From assembly GCA_963663165.1 (NCBI GenBank), contig OY760175.1, positions 1,888,001-1,952,000 on the forward strand: a stretch of DNA of 64,000 nucleotides. The letters run 5' to 3'. The stretch comes from an uncultured Desulfospira sp. Lineage in GTDB: Bacteria; Desulfobacterota; Desulfobacteria; Desulfobacterales; Desulfobacteraceae. A program made the translations under genes and the position numbers. Each line of letters begins with the position of its first letter. Positions within the stretch are counted from its first letter, which is position 1. Below the pieces are notes generated by a model, which saw nothing but the letters and a program-made list of their open reading frames with translations, searched no databases and was not told the DNA's origin. Below are positions 1-9,930 of the stretch, piece by piece.

Positions 1-165
1 GTGGGTCAGAAGCCACTGGAGGGCCTTGGCCCGTCCGTATCTTCCTTCTTTCACAGCCTTTGCGATACGCATTTGCAGTCTTTTAACAGCTTCATAAATG
101 GCTTTCCAATGAATGGACTTCCAATTCCTGAAACTGCCGATGGGCGCACCAGCTGTTGCCGTCAT
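1..165 (-). CDS. ltrA: Group II intron reverse transcriptase/maturase, N-terminus (RVT_N-like), partial
   Basis: Manual translation from ATG 165: MTATAGAPIGSFRNWKSIHWKAIYEAVKRLQMRIAKAVKEGRYGRAKALQWLLTH. The W..I.W...V.RLQ.RIAKA...G...K.LQ.LLT pattern is typical of CL-class intron proteins. RBS GGAAGG upstream. Confidence 0.88.
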   Translation of the reverse strand, partial: MTATAGAPIGSFRNWKSIHWKAIYEAVKRLQMRIAKAVKEGRYGRAKALQWLLTH

Positions 166-829
166 TTGCCTTCCCATCTTCAAAGATTCTCCAGACTCTC
201 TCGCAAAGAAACACCTGCCCGGGTGTGCCTGTAGCCACACCCGCCGGACGTCAGCTCCCTTTCGGGCCGGATAATGTTGGGATGTTCTCCTCAATCCGTA
301 TCCACCTCATTACAAGATGGCCTTCGCTTTTTCCTGCATCTTACTCCAGCACCTCCATCAGTGTGCCTTACGGTTTCACCTGCCGAATACTCCCGGCGAA
401 GATACGGGGTTTCCACGTTCCACACTATTGCCAATTAGTGGATGACTTAGGCCTGCCCTCTGCACCGGCGGCGCAACATCTCCGTGCAGGCAGTTAGGAA
501 ACCGGCAGCCTGACCGCTCACCTTTTGGTCCAAGCTTACCAGCCTCTTTAGCTTGTTCTCCCTGACGGTACTTACGGAACATTCAACTACTTTGACCATA
601 TCATCCAAACCCTTGCCCTCACCCGGATTGAGGCTTCCAGGAGGGTATCTGCCTCACGGCTTCCACCCCTTCCGCAGTTGCGGAATTCGGTACGTTGTCG
701 GTTGGGCTTCACACCGTTGCCGGATGCACCGACCACCGCATGCCACCTAGGGTACCGGCAGGAGAATGCCGGGTTTGGTCAGGACCGACTGGCCCGCCAA
801 ACAGCCAATAATGCGACTTCGTGTCGCAC
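1..829 (-). mobile_element. Group II intron, 5' part (CL/IIB-like); continues past the window edge
   Basis: The minus strand starts GTGCGACACG at 829 (GUGYG 5' consensus). About 660 nt of non-coding RNA follows, then an RT ORF start. Confidence 0.85.
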
Positions 830-937
830 CACAACGGGGAGCTCAGCCGAGCAGATTGTCGAAGCCAAGTTTTTTCGAAAACCAGGAGCTTCCGAAAAGC
901 CGCTATCCCCCGGGTCGGCTGCAGCGTTTTGTTGGCT
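830..937 (-). repeat. attC site 1 (internally shortened)
   Basis: R'' AGCCAAC ... L boxes CTGCAGCCGA/TCGGCTGAG ... R' GTTGTG. Near-identical to the attC at 29796 but missing about 17 nt. Confidence 0.85.
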
Positions 938-947
938 TGTTATTTGA

Positions 948-1172
948 TTAAATCTTCCGTGAGCGTGAATCCCGAATAGCATCGAGAATATCATCAGTAG
1001 AGGCTTTAGTCTTTATTCCAGGGACATCAAATGGAGAGGATTTTTTCTCCTTTTTAAAAAGCACAGTATACATTTCTCCTCCTCGACGCTTTATGACCAC
1101 TTCTTCAGAACGTGCCATATCTAAAACCGTTGAAAGCTTTTGTCGAGCTTCTGAGTATGTGAATACTTTCAT
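948..1172 (-). CDS. Phd/YefM-family antitoxin (cassette)
   Basis: MKVFTYSEARQKLSTVLDMARSEEVVIKRRG is a Phd-like N-terminus; adjacent to a PIN gene. Confidence 0.85.
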   Translation of the reverse strand: MKVFTYSEARQKLSTVLDMARSEEVVIKRRGGEMYTVLFKKEKKSSPFDVPGIKTKASTDDILDAIRDSRSRKI

Positions 1173-1176
1173 TTTT

Positions 1177-1569
1177 TTATACCTCCAGAGTCTGGATACC
1201 TAAATCATTTGCGACTTCAAACATTCTGCGATCAAGGGTAAGCAATGGGCTATGCAGAGAAAGGGCGCATGTTAGAAAATAGGCATCATATGCATAGATG
1301 TTAAATTTAGAGGCAATCTCAAGTGCTTGGGGGATATCAATCATACGCAAATCTACAGGTATCTTTTGAGTTGCATACCAAATATCGGGGAGTTCCTCTT
1401 TGGTTATTCTTTGTCTTTTGAGCATGGCAGATAAAGCATTGCCAATTTCAAACGGTAACACTTCAGGCGCGATCAGTTCATGCCCAATGGAAAGGTCGAT
1501 TATGCGGTCTCTTTCCGGTTCGTACAAAGTGACGGCCAAAAATGTATTTGTATCTGCTGTTATTTTCAT
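1177..1569 (-). CDS. vapC: VapC-like PIN-domain toxin (cassette)
   Basis: ITADTN...PFEIGNAL...YAYDAYFL...LLTLD PIN acidic motifs; likely start MKITAD at 1569. Confidence 0.88.
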   Translation of the reverse strand: MKITADTNTFLAVTLYEPERDRIIDLSIGHELIAPEVLPFEIGNALSAMLKRQRITKEELPDIWYATQKIPVDLRMIDIPQALEIASKFNIYAYDAYFLTCALSLHSPLLTLDRRMFEVANDLGIQTLEV

Positions 1570-1656
1570 ATGTACAATTGTACGTTTATTTCGCATTCTG
1601 TCAAGAAGTTAAAGCAAAAAAATGATTCATGATTCTATGCCGGATTTTTGAACGCT

Positions 1657-1788
1657 CTCGCGGTAGGAACGCCGGTTACCCGACGCCCGCCCGCACAGAC
1701 CCGGACGTGCGGTTTTCCCGCATCCGGTTCCTCGGTTATACTCGCTTTCGTGTAAGACATCCGTTTATGTAAACGCTCGATGTCGCCT
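1657..1788 (-). mobile_element. Group II intron 3' remnant (domains V-VI), truncated by IS1380
   Basis: Minus strand GAACCGGATGCGGGAAAACCGCACGTCCGGGTC (DV hairpin, 1698-1730), then TGTGCGGGCGGGCGTCGGGTAACCGGCGTTCCTACCGCGA (DVI with bulged A). Confidence 0.85.
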
Positions 1789-1794
1789 GTTAAC

Positions 1795-3640
1795 CCCAAA
1801 ACAAGCGCGTTTTCAAAAAAGATATACTCATGAGCAACCCGCCGTTTGAGGTATTATTTTGGCCACCAACTTGCCATCCAGTAGAAACACGAGTCCCCAG
1901 TTTTTTTGAGTATTGCCAGTTGTCTTGTGTTTCATGTTTTTGTCATTCCTTTTTTGAGACTGCAGGGTTTGGACTCGCCATTGCAACCCGTTTGCAATAA
2001 CTATCCGGAGAGCAATGGCATCATGTAACCCGGACGGTCCTTATAAAATCAAAATATTTGAACATGCTTTGGAGCCGGTTGTTATAGCCAATAATTCGAT
2101 ATTTTATAGCCCTGCCAGATTTCAAAATTAAACAGGGGATGTTTATAAATGTCTGGATAAAACGCTTGAATTCCATGCGGATGATGGAAAGCCCTAATGC
2201 ACGATATGGCATCAGCAGCCCATACCAGGCTTTCAGATCCCATGCCATGGAGGTAATAACCATATAGGCCCAGTTGGCATTCAAAGAGTCTGAAGGATTA
2301 TCCATAGCACGTACGCCATGTTTCAACTGTTCAATATCATTTTCGTGGTCAGCCCGTTTCCGGTAAAAGGCTACCAGTTGTTTGGCCGGTTTTTTCCAAT
2401 CATTGGTAATATAAAAAAAGTAGCGGATATCATCGAACAGTAGTAATTCTCCCTTGAACTCGTTTATTGTTTTACGCAAAACGATCATTCTGTATGGTTT
2501 TTGACATTTTCCCGGTTTGTATTCAAACTCGGCTATATGTTCATACGCAGTCTCTATGCGTTTGAATTTGCGCTTTTTCACCACTTGAAGTTTGATATTC
2601 TCAGGACGTTTCCGGGGCTGAGTTTTAATTTTCGCAGACAGTTTTTCAAGCCTGACCCAGTCGGTTTCAGGAAGAGCATTTGCACGTTTTGTTAGATTTG
2701 ATCTGGCATCCATGCCAAAAATAAAGGAACAACGTTGATCCCATTTGTCAAAGTGCGTGGTAAGGCTGAAATCCGTATCTCCCCGAACGTATAATTTTTT
2801 AAAAGTGCCTTCCGTCAGATCAAGAGCCTTATCCACCCACCGGGCAGAGTCAAGGTGGGACGGGGCATTGCCCGAGCGGTTGATGACATAAAGAGGTTCC
2901 CTTGTTCTCTCCAGTGAAACAACCAGCGGGGCATACCCCCACTTACCATTGTAGGAGATGTCCATACCCTGTTTGCACTTGCCGCTTGTCTCACTGATAG
3001 TTCCGTCAATATTGATGATGGCTGATTCTTTGAAATTTTGAGGCTGCTTTTCCCATATTTTTTTCCGTATGGTATTTTTCACATCCATCAGGGTAATGAT
3101 ATTTTCCTGGGAAAACCGGCGCAAAAAATCCCCTGCCGTTGTCGGATCAGGGATCATTTTTGCGTCCAGAGCATTAAGCCAAGCATCATTGTTTCTTTGC
3201 AATTCAATGTCCTGAAGACAGGTTCCGCCTGCAAGAATATTGTATGCCATATTGGCGACATGATCAGATTCATGATATGGCAAATGGCGCTTGAGCAGCT
3301 CAAGTTCTTTATCGATTTCTTTCAAAAGGCCGGTCTTTTTGGCCAACATATGGATCAGGCCAATGCCTCCATGTGATATTCCCTGAAGGCGACCGTCGAT
3401 CTCATACTGGATATTGGATGCCTTTAGCATGGGAGTTGGCTGCTCAGTCCAATCTCTTTTGTTCAGTTTTTTGCTTATTTTTTTCTTGCGTTTTGCCAAT
3501 TTTTTGATGATATTCTTATTCACTCGAAACGCCCTTTCAATTTGGTATAGTTCGTTTTGCCAAACTCATTATACTCTTTATTGATAGGCGTTTCGAGACT
3601 TTTTTCTCATTTTTATTACTTATTTCACACTTATTTTGGG
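1795..3640 (-). mobile_element. IS1380-family element, copy 1 (1846 bp)
   Basis: IRs CCCAAAACAAGCGCG / CCCAAAATAAGTGTG; flanked by GTTAAC at 1789-1794 and 3641-3646; same element as 24421-26266. Confidence 0.93.
2021..3523 (-). CDS. IS1380-family transposase (500 aa)
   Basis: DDE-type motifs NIDGT, VRGDTDF, YRKRADHENDIEQLKHG, ANWAYM. Confidence 0.92.
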   Translation of the reverse strand: MNKNIIKKLAKRKKKISKKLNKRDWTEQPTPMLKASNIQYEIDGRLQGISHGGIGLIHMLAKKTGLLKEIDKELELLKRHLPYHESDHVANMAYNILAGGTCLQDIELQRNNDAWLNALDAKMIPDPTTAGDFLRRFSQENIITLMDVKNTIRKKIWEKQPQNFKESAIINIDGTISETSGKCKQGMDISYNGKWGYAPLVVSLERTREPLYVINRSGNAPSHLDSARWVDKALDLTEGTFKKLYVRGDTDFSLTTHFDKWDQRCSFIFGMDARSNLTKRANALPETDWVRLEKLSAKIKTQPRKRPENIKLQVVKKRKFKRIETAYEHIAEFEYKPGKCQKPYRMIVLRKTINEFKGELLLFDDIRYFFYITNDWKKPAKQLVAFYRKRADHENDIEQLKHGVRAMDNPSDSLNANWAYMVITSMAWDLKAWYGLLMPYRALGLSIIRMEFKRFIQTFINIPCLILKSGRAIKYRIIGYNNRLQSMFKYFDFIRTVRVT

Positions 3641-3646
3641 GTTAAC

Positions 3647-4266
3647 CCCAAAACAAGCGCGTTTTCAAAAAAGATATACTCATGAGCAACCCGCCGTTTG
3701 AGGTATTATTTTGGCCACCAACTTGCCATCCAGTAGAAACACGAGTCCCCAGTTTTTTTGAGTATTGCCAGTTGTCTTGTGTTTCATGTTTTTGTCATTC
3801 CTTTTTTGAGACTGCAGGGTTTGGACTCGCCATTGCAACCCGTTTGCAATAACTATCCGGAGAGCAATGGCATCATGTAACCCGGACGGTCCTTATAAAA
3901 TCAAAATATTTGAACATGCTTTGGAGCCGGTTGTTATAGCCAATAATTCGATATTTTATAGCCCTGCCAGATTTCAAAATTAAACAGGGGATGTTTATAA
4001 ATGTCTGGATAAAACGCTTGAATTCCATGCGGATGATGGAAAGCCCTAATGCACGATATGGCATCAGCAGCCCATACCAGGCTTTCAGATCCCATGCCAT
4101 GGAGGTAATAACCATATAGGCCCAGTTGGCATTCAAAGAGTCTGAAGGATTATCCATAGCACGTACGCCATGTTTCAACTGTTCAATATCATTTTCGTGG
4201 TCAGCCCGTTTCCGGTAAAAGGCTACCAGTTGTTTGGCCGGTTTTTTCCAATCATTGGTAATATAA
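3647..4266 (-). mobile_element. Partial tandem second IS1380 copy (transposase 3' end), truncated by ISAzo13
   Basis: Repeats 1795-~2414 directly after the GTTAAC junction and stops where the ISAzo13 IR begins. Confidence 0.92.
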
Positions 4267-4294
4267 GGGATGTGGTAAAATTAAAACCCACAAT

Positions 4295-4981
4295 TCATTC
4301 CTCATAGCATGGAATATCAACAGCCCATTTTTCAATCCCTGGAATCCGAATAATTTTGTTTTCTATATTATTCACGGCGGACTTGACCAAACGTACCCCT
4401 GTCGGGTAAACACCTTTGATTAATTTGACGACAGGATTTTCTCCTTTCCATGTCATTGTTCGACATAGACCGAGAACCTTTTCAATTTTGTTCAGCAATT
4501 CGCCTTTCCAATGATTTTCCAAAACACCCCAAACTCGCTCTATTGGGTTGTATTTACTGTGGTACGGGGGATAGTACACCAAACTAATATTTACAAATGC
4601 TGATTTGGCAAAGTCCACGAGGCGACTAATGAATTGGCTCCTTCGGCTACTATTTTCCGGCCCATTATCAAGATTGATCACCAGTGTATGTGGGGCGAAT
4701 CTTGCGTTCAAAGAAGGCCAGAGTGATTCCAGCGCATCAATCATGAAATCAGAGGTGATGTTGCTTTCAGTGAAGTACATATAATTTTCATCCAGAGCAG
4801 GTATGTTGATACCGAAAAGTTTCAAAAGGGAATCGGGTTTAAAATCATGGTCCGCCGCTTTAAGATTGCAACGACTATATCCGCCTCGGGAATAAGGCCC
4901 TATTTTAATAGTGGCTTTTGCGTCCATTGAGATACGTAAAACGCCATCTGTTTCATCGGCTAGTTGGTTTGTCCTATGCAC
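4295..4981 (-). pseudogene. ISAzo13 transposase C-terminal (DDE) part; N-terminal part split off at 9402-9812
   Basis: RISMDAKA, NLDNGPENSSRRSQF, YYPPYHSKYNPIER motifs. Confidence 0.85.
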
Positions 4982-5434
4982 ATATTCAAAAATGATGTCT
5001 GTTTCAGGAATTTTTTTTTACCTTGGCTTTGGCGACCTTCTTCAGTTTAAAACCCAATTTATTCATTATGGTGGATAGAGTCCGTACTGTTGGCATATTC
5101 TCAGGGTCATATCCCATGTCGTCTGCTAAGATTCAAAAAATGTAACGCGGATACGCCAAATCAGCTACAAAATAATATAACGGGAAGATATCCCGCCGCT
5201 TTACCCCGCCAATAAAATATATAAACCTTACCTCGCTTACCCCGCAGTTATCCCGCCGCGAATTTTTTCGAAAAAAGCTTTGCCAATCTATTTGGAAGAA
5301 GTCAATACTTCCTTGATAAAAAAGGCTCGAAGCTGCAACTTCGAGCCTTCAATGTAGACATCCGAGTAGGTTACGGAAGCCACACCACCGTTTTTATCTA
5401 ACCACGGCTTCCGTAATTTAGCAAGAGCGGAAGC

Positions 5435-5824
5435 ATGGAAATCGTTTTATTAAAACGTATCGAGTGTAAGCGATGTTTCCAAATTTTCTATGTGTGCCGC
5501 AGTTGCTGGCGGGGGCAGGCATATTGCTGTCAAGAATGCCGCCAGGAGGCCCGCAAAGAAGCGCACTGCAAAGCTCAAAAAAAATATCGACAAACGCCAA
5601 AAGGTAAAGAGGCCCACCGTCGTCAAGAAAAAAACAAAAGATTACGTCAAGCTGAAAAAACCATGGATGATACATCTACTATACCCGGTGTAACCCATGA
5701 TAGTGTCTCTCCCAAGCCATTATGTTCCGGCCCCTGTTGCCATTTTTGTGGGAAAATTGGTTGGGTTGTAGAGCATTTTCCCTGGCGCGGATATGCAAAA
5801 CGACCTGTAAGGGCCAATCAATGA
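5435..5824 (+). CDS. Cys-rich zinc-binding basic protein (transposon accessory)
   Basis: CKRC..VCRSC..YCCQEC, a basic helix, and a C-terminal CHFC. Confidence 0.75.
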   Translation: MEIVLLKRIECKRCFQIFYVCRSCWRGQAYCCQECRQEARKEAHCKAQKKYRQTPKGKEAHRRQEKNKRLRQAEKTMDDTSTIPGVTHDSVSPKPLCSGPCCHFCGKIGWVVEHFPWRGYAKRPVRANQ

Positions 5825-5833
5825 AACATCTTA

Positions 5834-6238
5834 ATGGAGGATAAGACAATGAAAAAAGAAATATTGACAGGCCATTGCAACAAAATGAAAAACAGATTTT
5901 CATCCCGGGAGCTATTTAAACTGAGAAACGATATCCCTGTGGATATGCTGATCCGTGACCATTTACAGATTCCATCCAAAATCAGGGATGGTGTTTTCCG
6001 GTTTTTATGTCCTTTGTGCAATGAGTTTCAAACCGCTGTAAATCCAGCCACCAATCTGGCCAGGTGTTTTCGGTGTGAGAAGAATTTCAACACCATTGAT
6101 CTGGTCATGGAAGTCAAGGGATATGGATTCAGGGACAGTGTATTTTTTTTGAAAGAACTGGATGCGGTCTCCTATGTCCCGGCAAATGTGTTGACGTCTC
6201 TTGCCACCGGTATCGGTCAACCCTGGCCTGGGAAGTAA
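5834..6238 (+). CDS. CHC2-type (DnaG primase-like) zinc-finger protein
   Basis: FLCPLCNE...ARCFRCEKNFNTIDLVMEVKGYGFRDSV resembles the primase zinc-binding domain. Confidence 0.78.
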   Translation: MEDKTMKKEILTGHCNKMKNRFSSRELFKLRNDIPVDMLIRDHLQIPSKIRDGVFRFLCPLCNEFQTAVNPATNLARCFRCEKNFNTIDLVMEVKGYGFRDSVFFLKELDAVSYVPANVLTSLATGIGQPWPGK

Positions 6239-6240
6239 AG

Positions 6241-6795
6241 ATGAAACGGCTGCTTCAACTGGAGACCCTTATTGCCCGTAATCAGGAGAGTTTCTATAAG
6301 ATCGGTCAGGCGTTAAAAGAAATCCGTGACAGCCGCCTGTACAAACTGGCCCTGTTTGAGACATTTGAAGCATATACCAGGGAACGGTGGGATATGGGCA
6401 AGTCCCATGCATACCGCCTGATCAAATCTTATGAAGTGATCTATAATTTGTCCCCAATTGGGGACAAAACACCTGCCAATGAATCCCAGGTCCGGCCTCT
6501 TGCTCAATTGGACCCCCTGGACCAGCGCAACACCTGGAAGGCAATCATAGACAACGGTATTGAGTTAACCGCACGGAACATCAAAAAATTTGTAGAGGCC
6601 CAAAAAATACCCCCGGAGAACAAACCGGATTTGGCGGAACGGATTTCGGCTGAATACATGGCAGCCGTACATGCAATGATTGAACAGGTGCGGGTGGCCC
6701 AGCATGATCATTGGCAGCAAACGTCCCGGCAGGCTGCATTGTTGTGGCACAGGGTGATCCGCGAAAAAATTTTATCAAAAGGGGCAAGACAATGA
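6241..6795 (+). CDS. Helical putative DNA-binding protein (transposon accessory)
   Basis: IGQALKEIRDSRLY...TFEAYTRERWDMGKSHAYRLI...PANESQVRPL, a motif common in mobile elements; abuts neighbouring ORFs. Confidence 0.7.
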   Translation: MKRLLQLETLIARNQESFYKIGQALKEIRDSRLYKLALFETFEAYTRERWDMGKSHAYRLIKSYEVIYNLSPIGDKTPANESQVRPLAQLDPLDQRNTWKAIIDNGIELTARNIKKFVEAQKIPPENKPDLAERISAEYMAAVHAMIEQVRVAQHDHWQQTSRQAALLWHRVIREKILSKGARQ

Positions 6796-8459
6796 AGAAC
6801 CTGAGCCTTGATGACCGTTTTTATTTGCTGCTCCATAAAAAAATCATGAATAAAACCGGATCAGCCAAAAGAAGGTCCAAAAAATATTACAAAGACCAGT
6901 ACAGGAAAACCGGCATTATCCCGACGCCCCTTCTACTGGTTGAAAAAGGGATTATGGACGGCCGCAAATGCAGCGGCCGGCCCCGGTCCATAGATGAACA
7001 AACCAAAAGGCGGTTTATCGAAATGGTCAAGGCCTCCTGTGACCCGTCATCCCAGGGGTTTATTTTTATTACCCGAAAAGCCAGAACCATTAAAAATTAC
7101 CACTATTGGCTTGAAAGAGAATTGGGAAAAACCATCAGCCTTCCGGCACTCAGGCGATGTGCCCAAAGGGAAGGCCTTAAATTTTACCTGGAAAAAGAAG
7201 ATTTTGAAGAAAATGCCCCGGTGAAAAACGCATTCAAGCCTGTTCCGGTGTTTGGCCTGATACAGGTAGACGGTTGCAACTTTCGATATTTAAAAATCAA
7301 AAATGAGGCTGGCCACTGGCAAAAACCCCAAGTCATTGAAACGTTTGATACCGGTTCCCGGTACATGTTTGAACTTGATGCCTATTTCGATGAAAGCAGC
7401 TTAAGCTCAGTGGATTTGTTTAACCGGTTTTTGCTTTCCACCCCATTTCCCCAGAAGAAAGTCCGGTTCAGGCCGGATAACGCCACAGGATTTGTAAATC
7501 TCAAAAGAGTCATCAACGCCTTGAATATAAAACATTCCGTTCCCGGAGGATTTTATCTGGCGCCGGATTTTTCAAGGGTAAGTGCCCCCAGGGACAAGGC
7601 CCATCTTGAGTCCTCCCATCGCAGTCTTCATAATTTTGAAATCCGAATCATCAAGGCGTTTGAAGACAGGATTGTAAAGACCGTTCCAGGGGTTATCTTC
7701 AATAATAAGAAAAAAGAAAAAATCACTGTGACACTCCTTGATATTACACTCCGGGATTTAAGACACAGCCCCCTGATAAAAGAATACCGCCACGAACATA
7801 ACCACACCAAACATTATTTTAGCGAAAATGGAAAGATCAGTGCATGGGTTCCGGCACAAAAGCTGGAAGAATTTTTATCAAGGCAAGCCGATATCCTTAC
7901 CTTTTCACCGGATGAGGTGCAGGAATATATGAAGTATGGCTACAGGAAAATAAAAGCCACTGTATCTAACAAAAGAACCATTCGCCATGACAACCGGATC
8001 TATTGTGTAACCAGTGGTACAGACCGGTTCAGCAGGCATAAAAGTACACCGGTGCAAATATCAGTATATAAGGGCAAGCTGTTTATTTTTGAACGGGGGG
8101 AAGACGGCATACTATTGGGCGAAGCCCTTGCCACAAAGCCGTTTGACAAACCACCTGACCCAAAATCTGTACCAGTGGCCCCGGATGAACTCGACATGAT
8201 GATCATTTTTCTGGAAAAGCACAACATGGCCGTCGACCGGCGAGTCTTAATTGAAGCTTATCATAGCGGCCTCACTCTGGCCCGGGCTCAACAAGTGCTT
8301 CATCATAATCAATCCAGGTACAAGAATTATATGAAAAAGATGCGGCAACCTGAAACACAGAAAAAGCAGGCGGTATTCAATGCCTTTATGCTTGACTGCC
8401 GGAAATTGATCAATACAAACCATGTGGCCACGTATGCATCCTGCGGAGATTTAACATGA
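6792..8459 (+). CDS. DDE (rve-type) transposase/integrase
   Basis: Candidate triad IQVDG / RPDNA / KAHLESSH; ATG at 6792 overlaps the upstream stop (ATGA). Confidence 0.85.
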   Translation: MKNLSLDDRFYLLLHKKIMNKTGSAKRRSKKYYKDQYRKTGIIPTPLLLVEKGIMDGRKCSGRPRSIDEQTKRRFIEMVKASCDPSSQGFIFITRKARTIKNYHYWLERELGKTISLPALRRCAQREGLKFYLEKEDFEENAPVKNAFKPVPVFGLIQVDGCNFRYLKIKNEAGHWQKPQVIETFDTGSRYMFELDAYFDESSLSSVDLFNRFLLSTPFPQKKVRFRPDNATGFVNLKRVINALNIKHSVPGGFYLAPDFSRVSAPRDKAHLESSHRSLHNFEIRIIKAFEDRIVKTVPGVIFNNKKKEKITVTLLDITLRDLRHSPLIKEYRHEHNHTKHYFSENGKISAWVPAQKLEEFLSRQADILTFSPDEVQEYMKYGYRKIKATVSNKRTIRHDNRIYCVTSGTDRFSRHKSTPVQISVYKGKLFIFERGEDGILLGEALATKPFDKPPDPKSVPVAPDELDMMIIFLEKHNMAVDRRVLIEAYHSGLTLARAQQVLHHNQSRYKNYMKKMRQPETQKKQAVFNAFMLDCRKLINTNHVATYASCGDLT

Positions 8460-9118
8460 AGGCAGATTTTATCAGTGACAAACGAAGGGTATCATACCTG
8501 AGCGCCACTTATAGCCGGATCTACCGGGGCCGGAGCGTACTCATTGAGGGAGATTTTGGAGCGGGAAAAACCAGGTTTTTAAAACTGCTTCGTCCCAAAA
8601 AACTTCATGCCGTATGGGTAGAGTCCCTGTTCAACATACACGAAACCCTGGCATCCATACTCAAAGAATTGAACTATGACACCACAGCCACATATCGCAG
8701 AACTCCCCAGTACCTGAAAATGATCTGCAACCTGTCCAACTGCTTTATTATTATTGATGAGGCCAATGATCTGGATACCAGGGTCTGGCCATATCTTAAG
8801 CGGATCATTGATGCCGGTGTTCCTATTGTTTTTGCAGGGCTTCCAAAGGTCAGGACCTATTTGATTCGCAATCACCCTGATATCCTCAGCCGGTTGAAAA
8901 CCCTGATTTTATATCCCATAGAGGTTGAGGGCTTTATCGAACAATATAAAGATATCCAGCAGGAAGCCGTTGAGCAAATTTATATGGCGGTCAAAGGCGA
9001 CATGCGTAAATTTAAAGAAATCTGTACTGACTGCCGGGACAAGGCAAAGGAATTGAACCACCAATTTGTTGACATTAATCTTGCCCTGGAGTTTATATCT
9101 GACCTTCCTCCCCAGTAA
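8456..9118 (+). CDS. AAA+ ATPase (transposition helper, IstB/TniB/MuB-like)
   Basis: Walker A GDFGAGKT and Walker B IIIDEA; overlaps the transposase stop. Confidence 0.88.
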   Translation: MKADFISDKRRVSYLSATYSRIYRGRSVLIEGDFGAGKTRFLKLLRPKKLHAVWVESLFNIHETLASILKELNYDTTATYRRTPQYLKMICNLSNCFIIIDEANDLDTRVWPYLKRIIDAGVPIVFAGLPKVRTYLIRNHPDILSRLKTLILYPIEVEGFIEQYKDIQQEAVEQIYMAVKGDMRKFKEICTDCRDKAKELNHQFVDINLALEFISDLPPQ

Positions 9119-9930
9119 TCCCTGAAAAGTAGATCCGTAAAAACAGGCCACTTCTGATTTAACCGGAAGATGGCCTGTTTATATTTTGACCTTAATTGAT
9201 TAACGCAATTTTTCGCCTGGATATACCTGTGAAAATCAGGGAACCACAGATTGTTTTTGAATCTTTTTTGAACCGTTACATTAATTTGCAACTTTCAATA
9301 TTTTTGACTGCCAACCTAACCTACTAAATTTATATGAAAAACCATTTCTTTTTTGAAATAATGAACGAAAAAAAATCCGTTACATTATTTGAATGTGAGC
9401 AGTCGTCAACTAATCGACGGAATACTTCATTCGCAGATATTGGGGAATATAAATTCTGGGTACGGAATGTAGGATCAGTCTGACATATAGGGTTTACAAT
9501 ACGAGTTATGTCCTCTTTTAAATTCGGAAAATGTTCTAAACACGATTTCCGGCCTCGTCCGGAAAAATTATCAACACAGGTAACTCCGCTTTCTATTTCC
9601 CGTCGCCCTTTGATTATTGTTTTCCGATCCCAACCCAGTTCTCTTTCAGCCTTTAGTTGTCCGCCGTGCCCCATAAGGGAGACAACGCGTGCCATGAATT
9701 GGCGCCGTTCATGGCCTTTTAATTTGCTTCGAGTGGTATTCAGAAAATCCTTTAGTGGTGGCGTTAATTCCGATATAGTTTTGGGTAAATTGTGCTTAGA
9801 ATGATCAAACATGGTCCTCCTGTATTTTTTATGTAATCTTCCATGTTGACCATAAACTATCGATTCCATGTTGTCTATAGAAATCAGAATTCAGACTATG
9901 GAATTGTGGATATTAATTTTTCTGAGGCCC

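Larger units (their letters stand above)
5124..9401 (+). mobile_element. 4278-bp TG...CA transposon (IS21/Mu-like: DDE + AAA ATPase + 3 accessory ORFs)
   Basis: IRs TGCTAAGATTCAAAAAATGTAACG / CGTTACATTATTTGAATGTGAGCA; 6-bp TSD GTCGTC (5118-5123, 9402-9407). The empty site is visible in the other ISAzo13 copies. Confidence 0.92.
4267..9930 (-). mobile_element. ISAzo13-family element, copy A, interrupted by the 5124-9401 transposon
   Basis: IRs GGGATGTGGTAAAATTAAAACCCACAATTC / GGGCCTCAGAAAAATTAATATCCACAATTC; flanks TAA (left) and TTA (right) do not match. Confidence 0.88.

Noticed and set aside
1..951. Short plus-strand ORFs from the ORF track
   Set aside because: They are antisense to the intron RNA and attC, with no recognisable motifs.
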